Below, in pieces: positions 8,357-18,763 of a DNA stretch of 25,471 bases. How positions within the stretch are numbered: position 1 is the stretch's first letter; each line of letters begins with the position of its first letter. The stretch covers positions 87,589 through 113,059 of the forward strand of contig JAYPJE010000005.1 of assembly GCA_038128265.1 (NCBI GenBank), written 5' to 3'. Source of the stretch: Gemmatimonadota bacterium (GTDB lineage Bacteria; Latescibacterota; UBA2968; UBA8231). A program made the position numbers and the translations under genes. A model generated the notes under the pieces. It had not been told where the DNA came from. It made no database searches and was given only the letters and a program-made list of their open reading frames with translations.

Positions 8357-9046
8357 ATGGTGAAAACTATGGCAGTGGCGCTCGCCGTCCTATTGCACGG
8401 CGCGCCCGCGCAGGCCCAACCGACCACCGACGCACCGATTGCGACCGATGCACCGGTCGACGCGGAAGCGGACTCCTCGCCGCAGCATCAGTGGGAGCAG
8501 CGACTGCAATCCGCGCTGGAACTGAGCGATGCGCAGCGTCCGCCGCTGCAGAATCTGCGCCAGGCCCTCATCGACCAACTGGCGACTATTCGCCGGCAGG
8601 TCGAAGAGGGCGAACTCGACGAGGAGGAGGCGCGCTGGCAAACCAAAATGGCACTAGCCAGCCACCGCCAGAGTCGCGCCGCGCTGCTGAGCGAAGAGCA
8701 GGTAGACCGCTTGCAAAGCGTCTATAACGCACAGGGAACGGGCAAACCGCAGACCGTTGCTCGCCTGCAGCTAAGTGGACTGCAGGAAGAGCAGGTGCGC
8801 ATGCTGCTGTGGCAGCAGCGGGAAGAATGGCGTGCGCTGACGAGCAGCGGCGAGACTCCAACAGGCGAACGCCTACTGACACTGCGCCAAGCACATCGCC
8901 TCGCCTTTGAGCGCCTGCTCAATCCCGCACAGTTAGCGCAGCTACACGAGGCAAAAAATGCGCGGCGACGCCTGCACGGACTGGAAGAAGAACCCGTAGA
9001 CGCCCCCATGCTACTGGATGACGCACCCGATGCATCGGCGGAGTAA
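8357..9046 (+). CDS. Secreted Spy/CpxP-like (LTxxQ-motif) helical protein
   Basis: Signal peptide ending AQA; four LTxxQ-like motifs (LSDAQ, LSEEQ, LSGLQ, LNPAQ). Confidence 0.6.
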   Translation: MVKTMAVALAVLLHGAPAQAQPTTDAPIATDAPVDAEADSSPQHQWEQRLQSALELSDAQRPPLQNLRQALIDQLATIRRQVEEGELDEEEARWQTKMALASHRQSRAALLSEEQVDRLQSVYNAQGTGKPQTVARLQLSGLQEEQVRMLLWQQREEWRALTSSGETPTGERLLTLRQAHRLAFERLLNPAQLAQLHEAKNARRRLHGLEEEPVDAPMLLDDAPDASAE

Positions 9047-9052
9047 GTCGCC

Positions 9053-10390
9053 ATGGCCCTAGAAGCGTGGATGCGCATCGGCCAGCCGCTCGAGCCGGTT
9101 CTCGACGACTGTGATCGCTGTTTAGATGCCTGGGAAGCGGGGGGCGTGCGTGGACTCGTCGTCGGACGCTTGCTCTTTGCCGACGAGGAAGGTCAGTATA
9201 CCATTCCCGCCTACGAAATTAAGGCCGAAGCGTACCGGCAACGCGGCATGGAAGTACGCGCCGTGCGCGCGACCGACGCAAAGCGCAGCGCACAGCTACA
9301 GCGCCTATTTGACGAAGCCAAAAAGCGCGGCTGGACGACGATGATTTTTTGTCCCGGACAGGGGACGACGCCCGCTCAGGGGCTGGCGGCACAGGACGAC
9401 CCCTATGGCGCGCACTATATGGCGGCCGTGTGGGACGACGTCTTTTCCGCCTTTCCACAGGTCGACGGCGGTATTGTAGACGGCTGGACCGAATCGTCTT
9501 ACGAACTGGTATTTCATCACGGCAACGCCGTGTTCCGTCCGCTGAGCGCGGCGGAGCTGGAAAAAGCCAACGTGCGCGGCTGGGACGGCGAACGGCTGCA
9601 GCGCGGTCTGGCCAAGCTAGAGGCGCGCTTTCGCTCGTTTACCCCTGCACAGGTCGACTATTACGGCCACTACGGCCTGTTACAGGGCCTGCAGCTATTC
9701 GACATCGATGAAGATGTCCTCTACTGGCTGCGCTGGCGGCGCACCGACGGGCTGGATGAGGCGCGTGCCGCACGCGCCGAGCTGGCCCAACTGCCGCGCC
9801 CGCTGCTGCTGGGTAACGGCCTGCGCTCAGCCGTATTTTCCGGCATGACAGGAATGGATTTTTGCGCTTGGAACGAGGTGCTCGATTTCTTGCTGGTCAA
9901 GCACTACTTCTGGCACCGCGGCTTTGATGGGCTCTACGGCACGCTGGCGCGCTGGGTTAAGCAGCTCAATGCATGGAATCCCGCGCTGAGCGAGGTGCAG
10001 TGCTTTGCGCTGGCCAAAGCCTGGCTGGGAATTGAATTGCCCGATGTGGAATCGCTAGCCGAAATGGACCTCGGCTTTCCCCAATCTTTTTTCGACAGAG
10101 TGGTACACACCGAAACGAGACGTGCCATCGCCGCCTCTTCACCGACGAAAGTCCTGCCCTGGGTAGATACCGGCCGGATGCCACACGGCGGCGACCCGAT
10201 GACGGCGGGCGATCTGCACCGCATTCTTCAGGCGTCGCAGGCTGCGGGTTTAGAGCGCTTCCTATTTCACAATCACGGCCATCTGACGGCCTCCGAGTGG
10301 CAGGTTATTTCGCGCTTGTGCGGCACGCCTTGGAACGAAGACTCGACTGGCTACTGGCCACCCTCGACGCCCAAGCCCGAGACCTTTTAA
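9053..10390 (+). CDS. Hypothetical protein, possibly a TIM-barrel enzyme
   Basis: 445-aa ORF 6 nt after upstream stop; alternating beta/alpha pattern; Trp/His/Asp-rich motifs (VDGWTE, LVKHYFWHRGFDG, PWVDTGR, FHNH). Confidence 0.7.
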   Translation: MALEAWMRIGQPLEPVLDDCDRCLDAWEAGGVRGLVVGRLLFADEEGQYTIPAYEIKAEAYRQRGMEVRAVRATDAKRSAQLQRLFDEAKKRGWTTMIFCPGQGTTPAQGLAAQDDPYGAHYMAAVWDDVFSAFPQVDGGIVDGWTESSYELVFHHGNAVFRPLSAAELEKANVRGWDGERLQRGLAKLEARFRSFTPAQVDYYGHYGLLQGLQLFDIDEDVLYWLRWRRTDGLDEARAARAELAQLPRPLLLGNGLRSAVFSGMTGMDFCAWNEVLDFLLVKHYFWHRGFDGLYGTLARWVKQLNAWNPALSEVQCFALAKAWLGIELPDVESLAEMDLGFPQSFFDRVVHTETRRAIAASSPTKVLPWVDTGRMPHGGDPMTAGDLHRILQASQAAGLERFLFHNHGHLTASEWQVISRLCGTPWNEDSTGYWPPSTPKPETF

Positions 10391-10450
10391 CTCGCCAATA
10401 AATGGGTCCAGCCGCTGCGCTCAGCCCGTATCTCGCAAAACAACTTGCCC

Positions 10451-10488
10451 AAAAAAATGAGTGCTCCAGCGAGAGTCACCGGAGCACT
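10451..10488 (-). terminator. Intrinsic terminator
   Basis: Minus strand AGUGCUCCGGUG-acucu-CGCUGGAGCACU (12 bp with two G-U pairs), then CA and U7. Confidence 0.75.
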
Positions 10489-10544
10489 GGACACCTTGTA
10501 TCGAGTCTGAAGAGAAGAGACTGACACTCTTTCTCCACACACAC
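10451..10544 (-). ncRNA. Candidate ~90-nt small RNA
   Basis: ECF-like GAAAC-N18-TCTA upstream (10571-10545), stem AGUCU/AGACU with CUUCUCUUC loop, own terminator; no recognised family. Confidence 0.25.
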
Positions 10545-10626
10545 TAGAATATCTGAAGCAGATTTCGTTTCTATGCCCGTGCGGTCACAAATGGGTTACA
10601 TTTATCGCCGCTTCACCAGTTCCTCT

Positions 10627-11514
10627 TTAGGAATCAGGCAAGTCCAATTTCTGCTCAGCCAACGCCTCCTCCAAAACGCGCTGCGACTGCAGAAAATAGT
10701 CCCTTTCTAACTCAAAACCGATGCAGCTAACGCCCAGCTGTGCGCAGGCGGCCGCCGTGTGTCCGATACCCATAAACGGATCGAGCACGCAGCGCGTCTG
10801 TTCGACGCCGTGCAGCTGAATACACATCTGAGGAATTTTGGTGGGGAAGGTAGCCGGGTGGGGGCGCTGTTTATCCCGGCTCTTAATCGTTTTGTAAGGC
10901 ACAAACCACGTATTGCCGCGACAGCGCCGATCGGGGCGGTTGGCCGAGCCAAAGCGGTTGATATTGCTCTTGTCCTGGTACTCGACGCCGACGCCTAAAC
11001 GGTCTAAGGCCACCCGTCCGTTCTTTGTCAGATGGAAGATATACTCGTGGCAGTCGTTTATATACCGCGGACTATTGATAGGCTTGTAGTGCCCAACGGA
11101 CACATTGCCGCTAATGCCAGGATAGCGACCGACGTCCGCTTTTTGAATGGCGATCGACTTGATCCAGTGAATGGTATTTTGTAGCGCAAAGTGCTCGCGC
11201 AGCTGAAAGAGCACTTCGAAAGGGCCCCATGGATCGCTCGGTTTGCCGCCAATGTTTAGGAACAGCGATCCGTCATCGGCGAGCACATGGCAAACCGTCT
11301 GCGCCCATCGCCCCATCCACGCGACGTAGTCGGAGCGCCCCATACGGTCGTCGTAGCTCTTGTAGCTGGTCCCGAGATTGTAGGGCGGCGACGTAACAAC
11401 GACGTCGACTGAACCGGGCTCCAGATGCTGCCGCATGCCCTCGATGCAGTCCATATTGTGGAGGGCGTAGTCGCGCCCACCGCAGTGCAAGTCGAATCGC
11501 TGATCGGCTGCCAT
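10627..11514 (-). CDS. Beta-class N4-cytosine DNA methyltransferase, M.MjaV-like (putative GTAC), orphan in this window
   Basis: Motif IV VTSPPY N-terminal, motif I LDPFMGIG C-terminal, HPATFP; segments LQNTIHWIKSIAIQK, VGHYKPINS, YQDKSNI, RGNTWF recall M.MjaV. Confidence 0.88.
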   Translation of the reverse strand: MAADQRFDLHCGGRDYALHNMDCIEGMRQHLEPGSVDVVVTSPPYNLGTSYKSYDDRMGRSDYVAWMGRWAQTVCHVLADDGSLFLNIGGKPSDPWGPFEVLFQLREHFALQNTIHWIKSIAIQKADVGRYPGISGNVSVGHYKPINSPRYINDCHEYIFHLTKNGRVALDRLGVGVEYQDKSNINRFGSANRPDRRCRGNTWFVPYKTIKSRDKQRPHPATFPTKIPQMCIQLHGVEQTRCVLDPFMGIGHTAAACAQLGVSCIGFELERDYFLQSQRVLEEALAEQKLDLPDS

Positions 11515-11521
11515 CGACGAC

Positions 11522-13156
11522 CTACCAGCCCAGCGCGTAACCGTCGCGCCGCGGGTCGGCTCCTCCCATAAAAGCGCCGCTGTCAGGGTCTACCATAATG
11601 CCCTGGCCGCCGCCTACCGCCGGCGAAAAATCACCCAGGTAGTCGAATTGGTGGCCGCGCTTTTCCAATTCGGCAAACACGGCTGGATCGATGCGCGTTT
11701 CGGCGTTGACGACATAGCCCGGCTGGCCCGTTTTGACGCGCGCCGCCTCGATGGCTGCCTGCACGTTCATGCCGTGATCGAGAACGTTCATAATCATCTG
11801 CGGCGTCGTCTGCAGAATGCCGTGACCGCCCGGCGTGCCAATGAGCAGGCGCAGGCCCTCGCCGTCCCAAACCTGAGCAGGCGAAAGACACATTTCGTTT
11901 TTCTTCGACGGACCAATGGCGTTGGGGCTGCTCGGTTCCAAATCAAACCAGCGCATAAAATTATTGAGCGCGATGCCCGTGCCCGGCACCACCATCGCCG
12001 AACCAAAACCCGACCCGAGGCTCTGCGTGCAGGCGACGGCATTGCCCTCGGCGTCGATCGCATCAAAATGGGTGGTGCACTCGTCTTTCATCCAACCGGG
12101 GGGTTGGCCAGCAAGCACTTCGCCGTCGGCTTTTTGCGCGGTGTAGCGCTCGCCGCCCGTGTACTGGGCCCCATCGCCAATCAGCGCGCGCCGCACCTCG
12201 GCGTACTCATCGGACAGCAGGCCCGCGGTCGGCGGGTCGGCAATAGCGGCATACTCGGCGCGATCGGCCATGCAGAGCTTGGTCGTCTCGATAAAGCGAT
12301 GCAGCGTCTCGACCGTATTGTGACCCATATCGGCCACGTCAAAACCCTCCATGATCTTGAGCGTCTGCAGATACTGCACGGCCTGACAGGGCGGGGCGGG
12401 TGCAACAATGCGATAGCCGCGATAGGAAATCTCGACCGGGTCGAGCCAAACCGCCTCGAAGTTATGCATATCTTCGCGCGTCAGCACGCCGCCGCGCTCC
12501 TGCACGGAGCGCACAATGCGCTCGCCCAAAGCGCCGCGATAAAATACTTCGGCTCCTCCCTCGACGACTTGGCGAAAGGTATGGGCCAGATCGGCCTGCA
12601 CGAGAATCTGTCCGGGAAACGACGGACCATCAGCGGGCAGATAGGTCTTGGCTCCCTCGCCGAAGCGGCGCAAATCGGCGTCATTGCCAGCGAAGAACTC
12701 GGCGTTTTTCACCGTCAGCGCAATGCCCCCTTCGGCATATTCAATCGCCGGGGCAAAGACTTCAGCGGGCGATAGGTTGCCATAGCGGGCAACGGCTTCC
12801 AACCAGCCGCCACAGGCGCCCGGAACCAGGTGGGACAGGGGACCGCGATCGCGCTTGTCCGCATCGTAGAGAGCGATATCGGTTGCCGCCGGCGTCAACC
12901 CGACGTAGTCGAGCACCTTATGCTCCCGTTCTCGAGCGCTGTAAATGTGCATATACCCTACGCCGCCAATGCCCGACATATAGGGTTCGACAACGTTGAG
13001 CGCGGCGGCCGTAGCCACGGCCGCGTCAATGGCGTTGCCCCCCTGCATGAGCACGCGCAAACCAGCGAGCGATGCCAGCGGATGGCCGGAGGCGACCATG
13101 CCGCGTCGCCCGGTAACGGTGGAGCGATGAACCTTGCCGTGAGAAGAAAAGGCCAT
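11522..13156 (-). CDS. ggt: Gamma-glutamyltransferase family (Ntn hydrolase), no signal peptide
   Basis: GGAGG SD before ATG 13156; GMVASGHPLAS, GGNAIDAAVA, EPYMSGIGG, catalytic-Thr motif CTTHF, GSGFGS, LNN, GTPGG, GGADPRRDG. Confidence 0.92.
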   Translation of the reverse strand: MAFSSHGKVHRSTVTGRRGMVASGHPLASLAGLRVLMQGGNAIDAAVATAAALNVVEPYMSGIGGVGYMHIYSAREREHKVLDYVGLTPAATDIALYDADKRDRGPLSHLVPGACGGWLEAVARYGNLSPAEVFAPAIEYAEGGIALTVKNAEFFAGNDADLRRFGEGAKTYLPADGPSFPGQILVQADLAHTFRQVVEGGAEVFYRGALGERIVRSVQERGGVLTREDMHNFEAVWLDPVEISYRGYRIVAPAPPCQAVQYLQTLKIMEGFDVADMGHNTVETLHRFIETTKLCMADRAEYAAIADPPTAGLLSDEYAEVRRALIGDGAQYTGGERYTAQKADGEVLAGQPPGWMKDECTTHFDAIDAEGNAVACTQSLGSGFGSAMVVPGTGIALNNFMRWFDLEPSSPNAIGPSKKNEMCLSPAQVWDGEGLRLLIGTPGGHGILQTTPQMIMNVLDHGMNVQAAIEAARVKTGQPGYVVNAETRIDPAVFAELEKRGHQFDYLGDFSPAVGGGQGIMVDPDSGAFMGGADPRRDGYALGW

Positions 13157-13240
13157 TGGACGAGAACCCTCCATTCGCGTAATTTCCGAGATGCGAAATC
13201 ATACGGCGGCAGCCGCCCAACGTCAAGCAGAGGAGAGACG

Positions 13241-14281
13241 ATGAGCAGAGTCGACCTGCGCAGCGATACGCTGACGCTGCCCACAGAGGAAATGAAAGAA
13301 GCCATGTCGGCAGCTGAGGTAGGTGACGACGTATATGGCGAAGACCCCACGATCAATCGCCTCGAAGAATTGGCCGCAGAAAAAGTGGGCATGGAAGCCG
13401 CGCTATACGTGCCTTCAGGAACCATGGGCAATACGTGCGCTCTACTGACACACGCGCGCCACGGCGACGAAGTCATCTTTGAAGAACGCGCCCATATGTA
13501 CGTGTGGGAATGCGGCGCCTTTGCCAATATTGCCGGTCTCGCTTCGCGAACGCTAACGGGTGAAAACGGCATCTTCAGCGCCGAGCAGCTGCGCACGGCA
13601 CTGCGCGGACAAAACGTGCACTTTTCTCCAACCTCGCTGGTCTGCATAGAGAACACGCACAATAACTACGGCGGTTCAGCCTGGACACCAGACCAAGTGC
13701 GCGCCGTCGGAGACGTGTGCAAGGAGCATGGCTTAGCGCTGCATATGGACGGTGCTCGCCTGTTCAATGCCGCCGTTGCACACGGCGTCGATGCCGCCGA
13801 GTATACCGCCCACGTCGACTCTGTGATGTTTTGCGTATCCAAGGGACTGAGTGCCCCCGTTGGCTCGCTGCTGTGCGGCAGCCGCGCTTTTATCGACCAG
13901 GCCTATGCGATGCGCAAGCGCCTGGGTGGCGCCATGCGCCAGGCTGGTATCGTCGCAGCGGCCGGCATTGTGGCCATTGAGCACATGGTTGATCGACTCG
14001 CCGAAGACCACGCCAATGCGCGCCGCCTGATAGACGGACTGGGCGCTATTGAAGGCATCGAAATCGAAGCGCCTGAAATTGCGACCAATATCCTCAAAGT
14101 GGACGTAGCGCAGTGGGGATGGACGGCCGAGCAGCTAGTCGGCACGTGGAAAGAACGCGGTATTCTGTGCAATCCGCGGCCACCGCACGGAGCGCGACTA
14201 GTAACTCACCGGCACATCGGCGCCGACGATGTCGACTACGTACTCGAGACAACGCGCGAAATGGCTTCGAGCGCTCTATAG
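13241..14281 (+). CDS. ltaE: Low-specificity L-threonine aldolase (PLP-dependent)
   Basis: GAGGAG SD; DLRSDT, VGDDVYGEDPT, PSGTMGN, ENTHN, HMDGARLFNA, SKGLSAPVGS (PLP Lys), RKRLGGAMRQAG. Confidence 0.93.
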   Translation: MSRVDLRSDTLTLPTEEMKEAMSAAEVGDDVYGEDPTINRLEELAAEKVGMEAALYVPSGTMGNTCALLTHARHGDEVIFEERAHMYVWECGAFANIAGLASRTLTGENGIFSAEQLRTALRGQNVHFSPTSLVCIENTHNNYGGSAWTPDQVRAVGDVCKEHGLALHMDGARLFNAAVAHGVDAAEYTAHVDSVMFCVSKGLSAPVGSLLCGSRAFIDQAYAMRKRLGGAMRQAGIVAAAGIVAIEHMVDRLAEDHANARRLIDGLGAIEGIEIEAPEIATNILKVDVAQWGWTAEQLVGTWKERGILCNPRPPHGARLVTHRHIGADDVDYVLETTREMASSAL

Positions 14282-14313
14282 ATGCCGCGCACGGCGACGC
14301 GAGAGGAGTAGAC

Positions 14314-16308
<1,995 letters not shown>

Positions 16309-16425
16309 GCAAGCTGGCCGTCCTCTCGCCGCGCGGCACGGCCGCGAATGACCCGTCATTTGCAGGCGCGTTTGCTCCCTTTAACTTTACCAGCATCCTA
16401 CTATACCCAATAGAAAGGCGCTACT

Positions 16426-18744
16426 ATGGGGCTTCTTGCGCGCTACGCGCACTGGCTACACGGACAGTGGCCGGCTGGGGAGGTCGAACCACTTCCCCAA
16501 GTGGACGAAAACGGTATGAGCAGCCTAGAAGGGCTCTACATCGTTGGCGATCTTACCGGCGTACCGTTGCTCAAATTCTCCGCCGATACGGGCGCGCGCG
16601 CCGTTCAGCACATAGCCGCCGACGCAGCGTTCCAGCGCGCGCGCCAGCAAGATCGTGCAAATACACTCGACCTTGCCATCGTGGGCGCGGGCGTGTCGGG
16701 CATGGCGGCAGCGCTGGAGGCGCGCCGGGCAGGCTTGTCCTATGCCATCCTCGAGGCCAACGAACCCCTTTCGACCCTGGTCAACTTTCCCAAGGGCAAA
16801 CCCATTTATACCTATCCAACCGAAATGGAGCCAGCCGGTCAGCTGCGCTTTAGCGCAGAAGTGCGCGAACAACTCATAGAGGAGCTCAAAGAGCAAACGC
16901 TGGACAAGGGTATCCAACCGCTGCCGCTGCGCGTCGAGCGCATCCTGCGGCGCGAAGGCTTATTCGAGCTGCTTCCTGCACAGGGCGATCCCATCCGCGC
17001 GCACCGAGCAATCGTGGCCATTGGTCGTTCGGGCAACTTTCGCACACTCGACGTGCCCGGCGAACAGCTGGATAAGGTCTCCAATCGCCTGCACGATCCC
17101 CGCGACTACGCCGGGCAAAACACGCTGGTCGTCGGCGGCGGCGACAGCGCGCTAGAGACGGCCATCGCCATTGCCCAAAGCGGGGGGCGCGTCGCGCTAT
17201 CCTACCGCGGGAGCGCATTCTCTCGCCCCAAGGCGGCCAACGTAGAAACGCTTCATGCGCTGGTCGAAGGCCCCTCGTCGACCACATTCCCCAGCGAAAA
17301 TAACCTGCAGCAGCCCGGCACCGTGCGCCTATTTATGGGCAGTCAGCTGCTCCGCATAGAAGAAGAGACGGTAACCCTGCGCGACGGCGATGGATGTGAA
17401 CAAACGCTGCAGAATGAAGCCGTATTCACCATGATTGGCCGCGAGGCGCCCCTGGATTTTTTTCGCCGCAGCGGCGCAGCCATCCGCGGAGAAATGACCG
17501 CACGCCAGTGGACGCTGGCCGGACTGTTCATGGCGTTTTGCTTTTTTCTCTACAACTGGAAGGCCGGCGGCGACCTTACCCGCGCATTCGAAGCGGCACA
17601 GCTATTCCCGTTTGATATACCTGCCGCGCTGGCCGCCGTCTGGCCACAGACCGCCGATCGGACAACGCTGGCAGGCATCCTCTCGTTTAACCTGGGGAAA
17701 CCCGGGTTCTGGTATAGCCTGCTCTATTCGCTGCTCGTAATCGGCTTTGGCGCACGCCGCGTGCGGCGCAACCGGACGCCCTACGTCAAGTGGCAGACGC
17801 TTTCGCTGGTCGCTTTTCAGGTAGTGCCGCTGTTCCTGCTACCCTATATTGCCCTGCCCTATATGGGGCACAACGGCCTTTTTGACAGCGGATGGCTCAA
17901 AGACCTCGCCGATGCACTCTTTCCCGCCGTCGCGTATGACCACGGCCGCGAGTACTGGCGCGCTTTCGGCCTCGTCTTGGCCTGGCCTCTCTTTGTATGG
18001 AATGCCTTCAGCGGTGAACCTATGGGATGGTGGCTAGCCATTTCCTTTGCGCAGACGTTTATCGCCATTCCCGCCATCGTCTATTTCTGGGGCAAGGGAG
18101 CCTACTGTGGCTGGATTTGCTCATGCGGTGCACTGGCCGAAACGCTGGGCGATGCACATCGCCACAAAATGCCGCACGGCGCGGCGTGGAACCGAGCCAA
18201 TATGCTCGGTCAGGTGATCCTACTGCTGTGCTTTATCATGCTACTGGGACGCATCGGTTCGTGGCTCATGCCACACAGCGCGCTGGGGGAGACCCTGCGC
18301 CAGCTCTATGAAGGCATGCTGTACGGCTGGCACATAGGGGGCGTACAGCTCAACTACCGCTGGAGTATTGACCTCATGCTAGCCGGCGTCGTTGGCTACG
18401 GAGCATACTTCTGGTACAGCGGACGCGTATGGTGTCGCTTTGCATGCCCACTGGCGGCCCTGATGCACATATACGCGCGCTTTAGCCGTTTTCGCATTTT
18501 CGCCCAAAAGGAGAAATGCATCTCGTGCAATATGTGCACCTCGGTGTGTCACCAAGGCATCGACGTAATGAGCTTTGCTAATAAGGGCCAGCCGATGGCC
18601 GACCCCGAGTGCGTGCGCTGCAGCGCCTGCGTGCACACCTGTCCTACCGGCGTGCTGTCTTTTGGTCAAATAGACACGCGCAGCAACAGCATGCTAAAAG
18701 AGGATGCTCTTCCGGCGTCACCGGTTCGCATGCGCGAGCGCTAG
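16426..18744 (+). CDS. TrxR/FNR-like FAD/NADPH oxidoreductase fused to a NapH/NosR-like membrane 4Fe-4S domain
   Basis: IVGAGVSG (FAD), VVGGGDSA and SYR (NADPH), several TM helices, YCGWICSCG and WCRFACP, two ferredoxin motifs CISCNMCTSVCH and CVRCSACVHTCP. Confidence 0.85.
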   Translation: MGLLARYAHWLHGQWPAGEVEPLPQVDENGMSSLEGLYIVGDLTGVPLLKFSADTGARAVQHIAADAAFQRARQQDRANTLDLAIVGAGVSGMAAALEARRAGLSYAILEANEPLSTLVNFPKGKPIYTYPTEMEPAGQLRFSAEVREQLIEELKEQTLDKGIQPLPLRVERILRREGLFELLPAQGDPIRAHRAIVAIGRSGNFRTLDVPGEQLDKVSNRLHDPRDYAGQNTLVVGGGDSALETAIAIAQSGGRVALSYRGSAFSRPKAANVETLHALVEGPSSTTFPSENNLQQPGTVRLFMGSQLLRIEEETVTLRDGDGCEQTLQNEAVFTMIGREAPLDFFRRSGAAIRGEMTARQWTLAGLFMAFCFFLYNWKAGGDLTRAFEAAQLFPFDIPAALAAVWPQTADRTTLAGILSFNLGKPGFWYSLLYSLLVIGFGARRVRRNRTPYVKWQTLSLVAFQVVPLFLLPYIALPYMGHNGLFDSGWLKDLADALFPAVAYDHGREYWRAFGLVLAWPLFVWNAFSGEPMGWWLAISFAQTFIAIPAIVYFWGKGAYCGWICSCGALAETLGDAHRHKMPHGAAWNRANMLGQVILLLCFIMLLGRIGSWLMPHSALGETLRQLYEGMLYGWHIGGVQLNYRWSIDLMLAGVVGYGAYFWYSGRVWCRFACPLAALMHIYARFSRFRIFAQKEKCISCNMCTSVCHQGIDVMSFANKGQPMADPECVRCSACVHTCPTGVLSFGQIDTRSNSMLKEDALPASPVRMRER

Positions 18745-18763
18745 TCGGGCCCTCCGCATTGGC

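Noticed and set aside
9053..11514. 445-aa hypothetical as the cognate restriction enzyme of the MTase
   Set aside because: No PD-(D/E)xK, HNH or GIY-YIG motif seen; it ends a separate operon and is separated from the MTase by a terminator.
11648..12775. 375-aa + strand ORF
   Set aside because: Antisense shadow of ggt.
12830..13240. N-terminal extension of ltaE in the ORF track (similarly 14113-14313, 6661-6750, 4795-4878)
   Set aside because: Extensions overlap neighbouring genes or lack homology, and SD-supported or coupled downstream starts match family N-termini.
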